A stretch of DNA of 64,000 bases, taken from NCBI GenBank assembly GCA_051251915.1, contig JBPOGF010000001.1, positions 1 to 64,000 on the forward strand. The letters run 5' to 3'. Source of the stretch: Akkermansiaceae bacterium (GTDB lineage: Bacteria > Verrucomicrobiota > Verrucomicrobiia > Verrucomicrobiales > Akkermansiaceae). The notes under the pieces are model-generated. The model was given only the letters and a program-made list of their open reading frames with translations, was not told where the DNA came from and ran no database searches. Within the stretch, counting starts at the first letter, position 1. Every line of letters starts with the position of its first letter. The translations under genes were made by a program, and so were the position numbers. This document shows, piece after piece, positions 8,682-19,400 of this stretch.

Positions 8682-9113
8682 GTAGGGAAACTTGGGTTGT
8701 GTGCTTGGGTCATTTAGGGGGTGGTGGGGGCTTGGCGGTTGGAAACCTCCGCCAGGTGTTGGGCTAGATGGGGGAGATGGATTGTAGGGTGAGGATGGGT
8801 TCTTGGGATTTATTGGATTCTATTAGGTCTAGGAGGGCGGTGAGCGCTGAGTCGTGGACTTCGATCATAGTAAAGGAATCGAAGCCTTTAGGATATTGAG
8901 CGGAATAGTCTATTCTGGTCTATTCTGTTAGGGTTGTAAGGTATACCTTTAAGATAAAAGGGTTGTTTTATTTGTGTGAGTTTTGACAGCCGAGATCCTC
9001 CTCAGTTGGCATGATTACTGCTTATTTTTGAAGACTTGACCAATATATGGTTTCAAAAGAGGTTGTCTCGTCCTGATTCTTATGATGCGACAACTGATGA
9101 AAATTAATAAAAA

Positions 9114-9824
9114 ATGAAGAATATTAAACAACAAACAATGAAGGGTGAAAGACAGAGTTTACTTAGCAGGCCTACGCGTCCAATTGCAACGATCGTCTCA
9201 CTAATGGCAATGTTACAGGTATCAGAGGCGACTCTCTCTGTTACTGTGACTGGCGATGCATTAGGCAATGGTTCTACTTGGGTATTTAATGGTACTTCAG
9301 TAGTGACTCTAAGTAGTGATAATGAACTAGAAGAATTCGACGCAGAAAAAAATGTGAATTATTATTTTCATTCTAGTGGAGATTTCGATGGGAACTATAC
9401 AGATCAGTCAATTTACTCTACTAAATATTACAGAGGATTCACTATGGATGGTGGTACGGTAGAGGGATCTACTTCAGGAGGATTTACATTTGACGGACTT
9501 TTAGTTGATGGAGATGGAGGTGGAGCTGCAGCTGGAGGTGATGATTTTGGCTGGTTATTGGGTGACCAAAGTCCTCATACTTTTGTTGCGGGAGAGACGC
9601 TCACGTTTACGAATTATACCTTGGTGACTGATCTTGATATTACAACATTTGGTTTTGATGCTACTAAGATAGATAATAATGGAGACACCTTTACCGTAAG
9701 TTCTGAATCTGAGCCTATGGGTTTTTTGACGATGACATTTACCGCTGTTCCAGAACCATCTAGCACGTTGTTGCTAGGGTTAGGGGCGATGACGTTTGTT
9801 ACGCGTCGTAAACGTAATCAGTAA
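9114..9824 (+). CDS. PEP-CTERM sorting domain protein
   Basis: C-terminal VPEPSSTLLLGLGAMTFVTRRKR; signal peptide-like N-terminus. Confidence 0.92.
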   Translation: MKNIKQQTMKGERQSLLSRPTRPIATIVSLMAMLQVSEATLSVTVTGDALGNGSTWVFNGTSVVTLSSDNELEEFDAEKNVNYYFHSSGDFDGNYTDQSIYSTKYYRGFTMDGGTVEGSTSGGFTFDGLLVDGDGGGAAAGGDDFGWLLGDQSPHTFVAGETLTFTNYTLVTDLDITTFGFDATKIDNNGDTFTVSSESEPMGFLTMTFTAVPEPSSTLLLGLGAMTFVTRRKRNQ

Positions 9825-9981
9825 ATTGTTCTAATATAAGGGCAGTATCCTTTATTAATTTTTAGAGGTTACTGCTTTTGTATTATCGCGATTGTGGGGA
9901 TTATTCATTTGAGTTCCTTAATCTATGTGACCTGCTGTGTATTTTTCAAGTGTGGAGTGCTTCTTGATAGGAGCTGTATTA

Positions 9982-12714
9982 TCAGGTTGTTGCTATGGGG
10001 GCGATTGTCTGAAGGATGAGGACTGGTTCTGTGGATTTGTTTGATTCTGTTAGGTCTAGGTGGGCGGTTAGGGAGTAGTCGTTGTGGAGCTCGTCGTCGG
10101 TGATGGTTTGGGTTATTTTTAGGAGGTTGGGGTCGTTGGTTTCTGTCATTGAAAAATGCTTTTTGTTGCGGGCTTCTGGGTCTAGGCGGATGTTGTGGTG
10201 GTCTGTGAAGTAGTCGTCTAGGATGGGGTCTAGTCGGGCGATGGTCCAGGGGGTGCTGTCTGGGTCGGTGGGTTGGAAGAGGGTGAGGAGGTCTGTTAGG
10301 TTGTCGTGTGCTAGGTGTTTGATGGCGGTGAAGATTTTTTCTCGGACTAGTTTTGTTAGGTTGGTTTTGTCGTGGGTGAAGGGGTGGTTGGAGGTAAGTT
10401 TTTTCTTTTCTTGAGGCTGGTAGTCTGGGTTGCGCATGGTTTCCCATTCGTCGATTAGGGATGAGTCTACGTTGATGAGGTGGTCTTTGAGGTAGGTTTC
10501 TGCGTCTAGGACTTCTTCTGTTTTGTGGGACTGGGGGACGGTTTGGGAGAGGGTTTTGTAGACGTCTGTGAGGTGGCGTAGGAGGATGGCTTCTGAGCGT
10601 TCTAGTTTGTAGTGTTTGATGTAGTCTTCGAATGACATGTAGTCTGCGAACATTTCTCTGGCGACGGATTTGGGGCGGATGGATTCTGAGCTGATCCAGG
10701 GGTGTTTGGCGCGGAAGGTGTTGAAGGTGTCGTAGATGTAGTTTTTTCCGGGCATGGGGTGGGTGACTTCTTCGAGTTTTTCCATGCGGTCGTCGTATTC
10801 GACTCCGTCTGCTTTCATTTCTGCGACGAGTTCTGATTTGGCTTTGTTGACTTGTGCTTTGAGGATGGTGGCGGGGTTTTCGTGGATGGCTTCTACTAGG
10901 GAGAGGACGTTGAGGACGTATTTTGGGTCTTCTTTGTCGAGTTCAGGGATGGCGTCTAGGAGGTAGAGGCCTAGGGCTTGGTTCATGGAGAAGTCTTCTT
11001 GGAGGTCGATGTTTAGGCGGACCTTTGGGGGTGAAGTGATCGGTGATCGGTTAGCGGTGATCGGTGGTTGGGGTGCTGGGGTTGGTGGGTGTGCGTCTGC
11101 GGTTGGGTCGTTGGTGGTGCTTTGCTGAGGGCTTGACGGGCTTGGGTTGTGGGGGGGACCCAGGGTTGCACCCTGGGCTTTTATATTTATCCCCGTTGGG
11201 GAAGCTTGGGTTGGTGGTGATTGGGGAGAGCTTCGCTCTGATATTGGGATGATGGATAGGACGCGGCCGCGGACTAGGGAGATGAACATGGAGCGGGCTA
11301 GGGTGCGGAGTTTTTTCTTGGAGAGTTCTGTGCCGTGGGAGGCTGAGATGATGCGTTTGAGTTCTGTGCAGCCGTCTTGGTTTTGGCGGGAGAGGACGTT
11401 TAGGAGGGTGTTGTGTTGGAGTTTGAAGCTGGAGATGAGGGGTTCTGGGGGGGAGGTTTGGAGTTTGTTGAAGGTGTCTGCGGTCCAGGCTACGTAGCCG
11501 AATTCTGGGGGTTTCTTTTTGACGATTTTTTTCTTTTTGGTGGAGGCTGCGGCTTTGGCTTCTAGGCGGAGGTTTTCTATTGCGTGTGCGGGGGCTTGGG
11601 CGACGACGTAGCCGATGTCATCGAATCCTCTTCTTCCGGCTCTTCCGGCGATTTGTTTGAAGTCGCGGACGGATAGGATTTTCATGCCTGAGCCGTCGAA
11701 TTTACAGAGTTGGGTGAAGAGGACTGAGCGGATGGGGACGTTGATGCCGACGCCTAGGGTGTCTGTTCCGCAGATGACTTTGAGGAGGCCTTGCTGGGTG
11801 AGTTTTTCTACGAGGACGCGGTACTTGGGGAGTAGTCCGGCGTGGTGGATGCCGATGCCGTGGCGGAGGAGTTTGGAGATTTCTTTGCCGTATGGGGAGC
11901 GGAAGTTTGCTTGGTGGAGGGCTTCTGAGATTTGTTTTTTTTCTTCTTTGGTGCAGACGTTTGTGGAGAGGAGGGACTGGGCGGATTCTGCGGCGGCGCG
12001 CTGTGAGAAGTGGACGAGGTAGACTGGGGATTTGTTGGTCTCTACGAGTTCGGTGACTTTTTCTGTGAGGGGGATTTCTGAGTAGTCGAATTCTAGTGGG
12101 ACGGGGCGCTGGTCTGAGATGACGAGGGAGGTTTCGGCTCCGGTGAGGTCTGTTAGTTCTTTTTGGAAGAATTCGGTGTCGCCGATGGTGGCGGACATGA
12201 GGAGGAAGCGGGACTGGGGGAGGGTGAGGAGGGGGAGCTGCCAGGCTACGCCGCGGTCGGTGTCTGAGTAGTAGTGGAACTCGTCCATGATGATGTCTTG
12301 GACGTTGGCTTCTGCGCCTTCGCGGAGGGCGAGGTTGGAGAGGATTTCTGCGGTGCAGCAGATGATGGGGGCGGTGGAGTTGACGGTGGCGTCACCGGTG
12401 ATCATGCCGACGTTTTCTGGGCCGAAGGTGGAGCAGAGGGAGATGAATTTTTCGTTGGCGAGGGCTTTGATGGGGACGGTGTAGTAGGAGGTGCGGCCTT
12501 GGCAGAAGGATTTGTAGTGGTGGGCGAGGGCGACGAGGGATTTACCGGAGCCGGTGGGGGTGTTGAGGATGACGTTGTTGTCTGCGAAGAGCTCTAGGAT
12601 GGCTTCTTCTTGGTGGTCGTAGAGGTCGATGTTGGCTTCGATGAGTTGTTCGAGGAAGTGGTTTAGGATGTTGTCGGGGGTGAAGTTTTGGATTGGTGGT
12701 TTGGTGAGGTGCAT
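9982..12714 (-). CDS. Ski2-like DEAD/DEAH box RNA helicase (DUF3516 family) with in-frame repeat insertion
   Basis: [52 protein letters not shown]; Pro/Ser/Thr-rich insert at codons ~497-561. Confidence 0.92.
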   Translation of the reverse strand: MHLTKPPIQNFTPDNILNHFLEQLIEANIDLYDHQEEAILELFADNNVILNTPTGSGKSLVALAHHYKSFCQGRTSYYTVPIKALANEKFISLCSTFGPENVGMITGDATVNSTAPIICCTAEILSNLALREGAEANVQDIIMDEFHYYSDTDRGVAWQLPLLTLPQSRFLLMSATIGDTEFFQKELTDLTGAETSLVISDQRPVPLEFDYSEIPLTEKVTELVETNKSPVYLVHFSQRAAAESAQSLLSTNVCTKEEKKQISEALHQANFRSPYGKEISKLLRHGIGIHHAGLLPKYRVLVEKLTQQGLLKVICGTDTLGVGINVPIRSVLFTQLCKFDGSGMKILSVRDFKQIAGRAGRRGFDDIGYVVAQAPAHAIENLRLEAKAAASTKKKKIVKKKPPEFGYVAWTADTFNKLQTSPPEPLISSFKLQHNTLLNVLSRQNQDGCTELKRIISASHGTELSKKKLRTLARSMFISLVRGRVLSIIPISERSSPQSPPTQASPTGINIKAQGATLGPPHNPSPSSPQQSTTNDPTADAHPPTPAPQPPITANRSPITSPPKVRLNIDLQEDFSMNQALGLYLLDAIPELDKEDPKYVLNVLSLVEAIHENPATILKAQVNKAKSELVAEMKADGVEYDDRMEKLEEVTHPMPGKNYIYDTFNTFRAKHPWISSESIRPKSVAREMFADYMSFEDYIKHYKLERSEAILLRHLTDVYKTLSQTVPQSHKTEEVLDAETYLKDHLINVDSSLIDEWETMRNPDYQPQEKKKLTSNHPFTHDKTNLTKLVREKIFTAIKHLAHDNLTDLLTLFQPTDPDSTPWTIARLDPILDDYFTDHHNIRLDPEARNKKHFSMTETNDPNLLKITQTITDDELHNDYSLTAHLDLTESNKSTEPVLILQTIAPIATT
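11032..11226. repeat. 195-bp in-frame repeat insertion within the helicase
   Basis: Contains a copy of 6198-6372; bounded by TTGGGG at 11025-11030 and 11221-11226. Removing it gives ...[11 protein letters not shown]... Confidence 0.85.
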
Positions 12715-12724
12715 TTTGAGTAAG

Positions 12725-12921
12725 GGAAAAGGTTAAAGGAAAAAGGGTTTTTGGTGATCGGTTAGCGGTGATCAGTGATCGGTGGCTTGGGTTGATGGAA
12801 TCTTGGGTTGGGTGCTTGGGTTGTGGTGCTTGGGTTTTGACCTGCGGTGCTGGACCACGAATCTGCACGAATTTTCACGAATTTTCACGAATGTTGCTTG
12901 GGTTGGTGGAACCTTGGGTTG
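12725..12921. repeat. Composite intergenic repeat (GGAAAAGGTTAAAGG, GGTGATC, CTTGGGTTG and CACGAAT modules)
   Basis: Modules shared with 330-447, 4823, 6198, 8563 and 14090-14142. Confidence 0.8.
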
Positions 12922-12942
12922 GGTGCTTGGTAGGTGGAATTA

Positions 12943-13053
12943 TGTGTCGCCGCTTTCAGGGCTTATGATTTTTTTGTGAACATCCCAGGGCTGAGATGCA
13001 TCATTGATGCTGCTTGACCCTGGGCTGTGTATGTGTGGCCCTCGCAGGGGCTT
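12943..13053. repeat. REP-like palindromic element, copy D (more diverged)
   Basis: TGTGTCGCCGCTTTCAGGGCTT...CCCAGGG..GCATCATTGATGC..CCCTGGGCTG. Confidence 0.8.
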
Positions 13054-13060
13054 TCTTGGG

Positions 13061-14077
13061 TTATTTGGTGAAGTTTTGCTGGATGTAGGCTTGGCAGAGG
13101 TTGGTGGTGGCTTGGATGGCTTTTTTGTGGGTGCGCTCGGTGGAGTGTGAGGCTGCTACGCCGGGGCCGATGAGGCCTACGCGCATGTCGTTGCCGGCGC
13201 GGAGGGCTGCGGAGCCGTCTGAGCCGTAGAAGGGGTAGACGTCTTGTTTGTAGGGGATGTTGTTTTCTTTTGCTAGTTTTACGAGGGTTTGGCGCATGCG
13301 GTAGTCGTATGGGCCGGTGGAGTCTTTGGCGCAGATGGAGCATGAGACTTCGTTTCCTTCGCAGGCGTCGCCAAGGACTCCCATGTCGATGACGAGGAGG
13401 TCTGTGATGGTGGGTGAGTAGCCGCAGGTGCCGCCGTGGCCGACTTCTTCGTAGTTGGAGAAGAAGATTTCTACGGGGATGTTTTGGTCGATGTATTGTT
13501 TGGCGAGTTGGAGGAGGATGAAGCAGCCGGCTTTGTTGTCTAGGAAGCGGGATTTGATGAAGCCGGAGTCCATTTCTTGGTAGTTGACGTCGAGGCAGAT
13601 GATGTCTCCGATGCAGATGCCTAGTTTGTCGATGTCTTGGCGGTTGTAGACTTCTTGGTCGAGGCGGATGTGCATGTTGGAGATGCTGCGGGGGGTGGAT
13701 TCTCGTTTGTTGTTGGTGTGTGATGAGGGGTCATTTAGGAGGATGGTGCCGGTGTAGATGTGGTCATCTAGGGTGCGGATGCGGACGTATTCGCCTTCTG
13801 CGCCGGAGAGTGAGAGGCCGCCGAGGAGGGAGAATTTGAGGGTGCCGTTGGAGTTGATGCCTGAGACGATGGCGCCGAGGGTGTCTACGTGGGCTGCGAT
13901 GGCTAGGCGTGGGTTGTCGCCGAAGGTGCAGCGGACGGCGCCTTTGTTGGTGAGTGTGGGTTTGTAGCCTAGGTCTGTGAGGTAGTTGACGATGTAGTCG
14001 CAGGCGTGGTAGGTGAATCCGGATGGGGAGTCGATTTCTAGGAGTTCTCTGAGTGGTGTGTAGTCGGTATTAGGCAT
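13061..14077 (-). CDS. M42 family metallopeptidase
   Basis: SPSG, AHVDTLG, SRFLDNKAG, NYEEVGHG, DMG, YGSDG, SHSTER. Confidence 0.92.
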   Translation of the reverse strand: MPNTDYTPLRELLEIDSPSGFTYHACDYIVNYLTDLGYKPTLTNKGAVRCTFGDNPRLAIAAHVDTLGAIVSGINSNGTLKFSLLGGLSLSGAEGEYVRIRTLDDHIYTGTILLNDPSSHTNNKRESTPRSISNMHIRLDQEVYNRQDIDKLGICIGDIICLDVNYQEMDSGFIKSRFLDNKAGCFILLQLAKQYIDQNIPVEIFFSNYEEVGHGGTCGYSPTITDLLVIDMGVLGDACEGNEVSCSICAKDSTGPYDYRMRQTLVKLAKENNIPYKQDVYPFYGSDGSAALRAGNDMRVGLIGPGVAASHSTERTHKKAIQATTNLCQAYIQQNFTK

Positions 14078-14316
14078 GTCTTTTTTTTAAGGAAAAAGGT
14101 TAAAGGGGAAAGGAAAAAGGGCTTGGTTGTTGGCTTGGGTTGATGGTGCTGATTCTTTAATAGGTCAACGATGGGGATTTTATAGAGAATTGACAGAATT
14201 TAGCAGATTTTTTTTGGTGTTGGGCTATGGCTTTGAGATGGCTTAGGTAATGGTTGGATTCTTGTGGTTGCTGGCTGATTGGCTAGGTATGAAAAAACTT
14301 GTGTAAATGATGAGAA

Positions 14317-16302
14317 ATGTCATCTTTTTGGGATATGTCTAAGTCACGAAAATTCCTAACAGCATTTTGTAGTATCCTAGTTAGTTCGCAGGTAATCCAT
14401 GCGGATGATAGGCCGAATATTTTATTTATTTTGTGTGATGATCTTGGTTACGGGGATGTGGGGGTGTTTTACCAGAACTCACGGGGGGCTAAGGAGGCTT
14501 CATTTAAGACGCCACATATTGATCAGTTGGCGAATGAGGGGATGCAGCTTAGGGCGCATTATGTGGGGGCACCGGTTTGTGCGCCTTCGCGTGCGACACT
14601 TATTCTGGGTCAGTCACAGGGGAATTCTCCGGTGAGGAATAATCAGTTTGATAAGGCGCTGCCGGATCAGCCGACGATGGCGTCTACGCTGCAGGATGCG
14701 GGGTATCATACGGGGTTGATAGGTAAGTGGGGGATGCAGGGGAATAAGGATAAGTCAAAGGAGGGGGCTGATGTGTGGCCGGCGTATCCAACGAAGCGTG
14801 GGTTTGATTACTTTTTGGGCTATGTGACGCATGTGGATGGTCATGAGCATTATCCATTTGAGAATATCCATTTTAAGCATAAGAAGAAGGATGGTAAGGC
14901 GTTTAGAAAGGCGCAGCTTTGGGAGATGGAGAATGAGATTGGGGCACAGTTGAAGGGGTGCTATACGACGGATTTATTTACGGCGGCGAGTAAGAAGTTT
15001 CTGGTTTCTCATGTGAAGGATACTCCGGAGAAGCCGTTCTTTTTGATGCTTTCTTATGATACTCCGCATGCGGCGACTCAGATAGCGACGATGCCTTATC
15101 CTGATGGGTTTGGGGTCAAGGGTGGGATTCAGTGGTTAGGTGATAGTGGTAAGATGATCAATACGGCTAGTGGTTCTGCTGATAGTTATATACATCCGGA
15201 CTATGTGAAGAAGGACTGGAGGGATGTGTCTAAGCGGTATGCTTCATCGATCCGGAGGATAGATAATTCGGTGGCGGATGTGATGCAGACGCTTAAGGAT
15301 CTGAATGTGGATGAGAATACGATGGTTGTGTTTTCTAGTGATCATGGGCCTTCGAAGGAGTCTTATATTCAGGAGAAACTTAAGCCGGATTTTTTCAGGT
15401 CGTTTGGACCTTTTACGGGGATTAAGCGTGATGTTTGGGAGGGTGGTATACGCCCGGGTGCTATTGTGAGGTGGCCTGGTAAGATTAAGGCTGGGATGGT
15501 GAGTGAGTCTCCATCACAGATGCAGGACTGGGTGCCTACGTTCTGTGATCTGGCAGAGACTGGGACGCCGGCTATAGCGGATGGGGTGTCACTTGCTCCT
15601 ATTTTGACGGGTGAGGATGCTGCTGGGTCAGAGATTTATGTGGAATATTACGAGGGTGGAAATACGCCGACGAATCAGTATTTTGCTAAAGGTAGAGCTG
15701 GGCAGAAGCGTGGTGAGATGCAGGCGATCCGTCAGGGTAAGTACAAGGCGATTCGTTATAATGTGAAGAAGCATGATGATGCGTTTATGGTGTTTGATGT
15801 TGTTGCGGATCCGTCTGAGTCGACTGACTTGGCGGGTAAGCCTGGGGTGCCTGATCAGCAGCATTGGTTAGATGCTGTATCAAGGCATCACCATAAGAAT
15901 CCTACTGCGAAGCGACCTTACGATGGAGTGGAGATTGCGGCATTGGATCTGGAGGCTAATCCTCATGTGAAAGTGACTAAGGCTAGTGGTGGAAAGACTG
16001 AGTATGTTTCTCGTGATAGTTATAAGCTAAGTGGATATATCCATGTGCATGATTCAGGGAAGTATACTTTTGCGCTGCCTGAGGGAGTGAAGGGGGTGTT
16101 GAGGATTCATCGGATCAATGTGTTGGATACGGATTCTAAGCAGGCCTATAAGAATGATAATATGTTGAATCTTGAGGCTGGGTATCATCCGTTTGCGCTT
16201 TATCTTAGTGAGATGGTAGATTCTGTGGAGGTGTTGCAGTGGAAGGCTAAGGGTGCTGAGGCGTTTGAGGTTATTCCGGCGGCGAATTATTTTCAGGAGT
16301 AA
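14317..16302 (+). CDS. Sulfatase (S1, formylglycine-dependent) with PA14-like C-terminal domain
   Basis: PNILFILCDDLG, CAPSRA, GKW, SSDHG, EGGIR; signal peptide. Confidence 0.92.
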   Translation: MSSFWDMSKSRKFLTAFCSILVSSQVIHADDRPNILFILCDDLGYGDVGVFYQNSRGAKEASFKTPHIDQLANEGMQLRAHYVGAPVCAPSRATLILGQSQGNSPVRNNQFDKALPDQPTMASTLQDAGYHTGLIGKWGMQGNKDKSKEGADVWPAYPTKRGFDYFLGYVTHVDGHEHYPFENIHFKHKKKDGKAFRKAQLWEMENEIGAQLKGCYTTDLFTAASKKFLVSHVKDTPEKPFFLMLSYDTPHAATQIATMPYPDGFGVKGGIQWLGDSGKMINTASGSADSYIHPDYVKKDWRDVSKRYASSIRRIDNSVADVMQTLKDLNVDENTMVVFSSDHGPSKESYIQEKLKPDFFRSFGPFTGIKRDVWEGGIRPGAIVRWPGKIKAGMVSESPSQMQDWVPTFCDLAETGTPAIADGVSLAPILTGEDAAGSEIYVEYYEGGNTPTNQYFAKGRAGQKRGEMQAIRQGKYKAIRYNVKKHDDAFMVFDVVADPSESTDLAGKPGVPDQQHWLDAVSRHHHKNPTAKRPYDGVEIAALDLEANPHVKVTKASGGKTEYVSRDSYKLSGYIHVHDSGKYTFALPEGVKGVLRIHRINVLDTDSKQAYKNDNMLNLEAGYHPFALYLSEMVDSVEVLQWKAKGAEAFEVIPAANYFQE

Positions 16303-16323
16303 GTTGCGGTAGTAAGTTTTGAT

Positions 16324-16361
16324 ACGCCAGATCCTGTTTCTCGGGGTTTGGCGTTTTTTTT
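16324..16361 (+). terminator. Rho-independent terminator
   Basis: ACGCCAGATCC...GGGTTTGGCGT plus T run after the sulfatase stop. Confidence 0.7.
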
Positions 16362-16428
16362 GTGGGGATAGTTGTCTTTTTTGGGGTGGAGTTTGTCGTT
16401 TGCCATGGGGGGATTTTTGTTTTAGCGT

Positions 16429-19400
16429 GTGGGCATGATAGGTATACATTTTAGCAGGCTAGCGATGATTTTGACGGCGGTGGTGGGGGTGTCTCATGGT
16501 GAGTTGTGTATGGCTTCTGAGCGGGCGGTAGCTTTTAAGGGTGTGACTGAGATGGTGGGTGACTGGCAGGGGGATCAGCATGTGTATGTGCGTGGGAAGC
16601 TGGGGGTGCCGCAGAAGTCGCTGGATGCTTTTGAGAAGTGGCTGGATGAGAATGGTAAGAACTGGACGGTGATCTTGATGCAGAATGCGCAGGGGCAAAG
16701 CTGGAAGGATACGCGTGGGGTGAGTTATTATGGGATGGATGCGGTGGAGAATGCGGTGGGGCGTGGGTTGTCTAACAATGAGAAATTTTCTGAGCTGTTA
16801 GATGCGGATGATGAGAAGCGGAATGGGGCGATTTTTGTGTTATTTTTGGAGGAGAGGAAGTTTTCTTATTTTGGGGAGGCTGCGTATGATGCGAGGTTTC
16901 TGGGGGAAGATGCGTGGGTGGGAAATCTGGATCATAGTGCACGACAGGCGATGCGGGGTGGTAGTGGTGTGGTGAATGCTGCGAAGGATACGATTAAGGT
17001 GATTGATGCGAAGCTGAAGAGGGCGAAGACGGAGGAGGTTCAGCGGAGGGAGCGGGCGAAGGTGGAGAAAACTGAGACTCAGGCGTGGGTGATGCGTGAG
17101 GCGAAGGCGATGGAGGTGAGTTTGAAGTCGCTGGCAAAGCAGGCAGGGGAAATTAAGGCGGTTGCTGGGGCTGAGGGTGGAGATTTGGCGAATCCGCCGT
17201 TGAATGATTGGCAGCAGGTGATCAGTGAGGCGCAGGGGAATCCGAATCCGTTTTTGGCGAAGCAGGCGTTGGTGGAGGTGGGCCGTGAGATGGGGAGGCA
17301 GAAGCAGGCGGTTGTGGATTGGTATGGATTTTCTGATGAGATGGCGAAGCTTGAAGGTGAGTTGGGGGAGTTTAGCGCTGATGAGAGTTTTCCGGAGGCT
17401 GGTGGGAGGTTGAGTGATTTGGAGAAGACAATTTTGTTGGCGAAGGGGGCGCATGCTAAGGGGGAGAGGAGTCATCATGAGATGCTTGAGAGTGCGCGGA
17501 ATGAGTTGGGGTATTTGACTGTGACTAATGAGCGGTTGCGAGGTGAGAGGATACGTAAGGAGGCGTATGAAGAGGAGCAGAGGGAGGTGGCTAGAATGAT
17601 AGCTTATCAGCGTAAGCAGACGATGAAGACGACGGCGATAGCTGGCGGGAGTGCTGGCGGGGCGGCGTTGTTAGGGTGTGGGGTATTTTCTAACAGGCGT
17701 AGGAAGAAGCGTAAGTTGGTGGCGGAGCAGTTGTATGGTGAGTGGAAGGAGGCGATGGGGTTGCGGGTGGATAAGCTGTTTGCGGTGATGGATAGGGCTG
17801 CTATTGTGGTGGGGTCTGAGCGTGATCTACCTGAGCGAGGGTATCAGGGGGAGACGCTGGATAGGTCTCTAACGGCTATTAAGAATGTGGATAAGGCGTT
17901 TGTTCTGACAGCGAGTGTGGATAAGGCGTTGGAGGAGGCGAAGGGGTTGATTTATCCGAGTAATGTTGGTTCTAAATCTGTGAATGTGTTTTCGCGCGGG
18001 CGCTATGATGATGCGCTGGAGTTGTTAGAGAGAAAGCCGCTGGGGAGTCATCTGCCGCTTGATGAGATTAAGGTGATGGATAGGGGTGAGGCTCAGATGT
18101 TAGGTAGTAGGGAAAATGCGGAGAACGTGGAGTTGAGCTTTACGGAGTTGATAGCAGAGTTTGATAGGACTGTGGATGAGGCTGTGGCTGAGCTGGATGT
18201 GGTGGAGCATGCTTGGGAGACTATAGCGGCGAGAACTGAGACGTTGGGGAATGCTTTGAATGAAATTTCAGGGAAGGATGAGGAGTTGGAGAATTTGGCA
18301 ATGGATGATGATTTGTTTCGGATGGATGCGTTGTTTGAGGAGTGGTTGCCGGTGGCTGAATTTCATCATTTAGAGGGGATCGAAGTGGGTAAAACTGATC
18401 CGGTGACGGCGCTTATTGAGGAGGTGACTCATGGTGATAGGATGGCTGGTGAGATGGCGGAGATGATTGGTAATGTGGTGGAGTTTCGTGATTCTGAGAT
18501 GGATGAAATTGTCGATGGGGCGAAGAATTTAAATGAGTTGCACCGGAGGAATGATTGGGTGCGGGAGCGTATGGAGGGACTGGATGATGAGTTGGATGAG
18601 TTGTCTAGGAGAGGGATGAGGGAGACTGTTAAGGACGGGGTAGTGAGTCAAAAAGAAGTGATGTTTGCGCTTAATGAGGAGGTGGCACAGGCTTGTAAGT
18701 TGGCGAAAATGTCGTTGGCGGCGATTCCTAAGTCGATAGAGGCGGCGCGTGAGAAGACGGTTTCTGCGCGGTCTGAAATAGCGACGTCGCTGGATCTAAC
18801 AGCGGATGAAATTCTTAAGGAGAGAGATGCTTGGAATCCGGATGTTATGTTGGCGGAGGCTGAGAGGCTGCGTGTTTCTACTCAGCTTTGTTTGGATGAT
18901 GGGTTGACGCAGCAGGCGCAGTATTTGGCTGATCAGTCGATGAAGAATATTGATGAGACGAATGCGGTGGTTGATGATGCGTTGCTAGCTAATAGTGGCT
19001 ATGAGCGGGAATATGCGCATGTGGGTGAACTTTTAGCGGAGGCTGATGGTCTGAGGGATGCTGGTGTGGGGATCATGTCTGATCTGGTGGGTGAGTATAG
19101 TAGGGGGGCGCTTCAGGTGGACCCTGAGAATAAGGCAGCAGGGAATTTTATTGAGGTTGAGGAGGCTCTGCAGGGGGCGCATTCTCAGCTTAGTAAGGAT
19201 ATAGTGACGGCTAAGGGATATCAGCAGAAAGGCTGGGTGCTTCATGCTAGTCAGCACTTGGTAAATGCGAAGGAGGCCTATGAGCATATACGTGGGATGC
19301 ATGAATTTATTGCAACTAGGCAGAGAGAGTTGGCTGATCAGGAGCAGAAGAATATTCTTACACTTGGGACGCATGAACGGGATCTGGCAAGTCTTAAGGA

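Noticed and set aside
9062..9094. Hairpin GTTGTCTCGTC...GATGCGACAAC before the PEP-CTERM gene as a riboswitch
   Set aside because: Single imperfect stem with no recognisable aptamer motif.
4571..13053. REP-like copies or short tandem repeats as a CRISPR array
   Set aside because: No regularly spaced 25-45 bp repeats with unique spacers, and no cas genes.
16840..17478. Long shadow ORFs (also 9923-10447, 27942-28523, 43961-44725, 47611-48144)
   Set aside because: Overlap well-supported genes; H/P/L/I/R-rich artefacts of the strand skew depleting stop codons.
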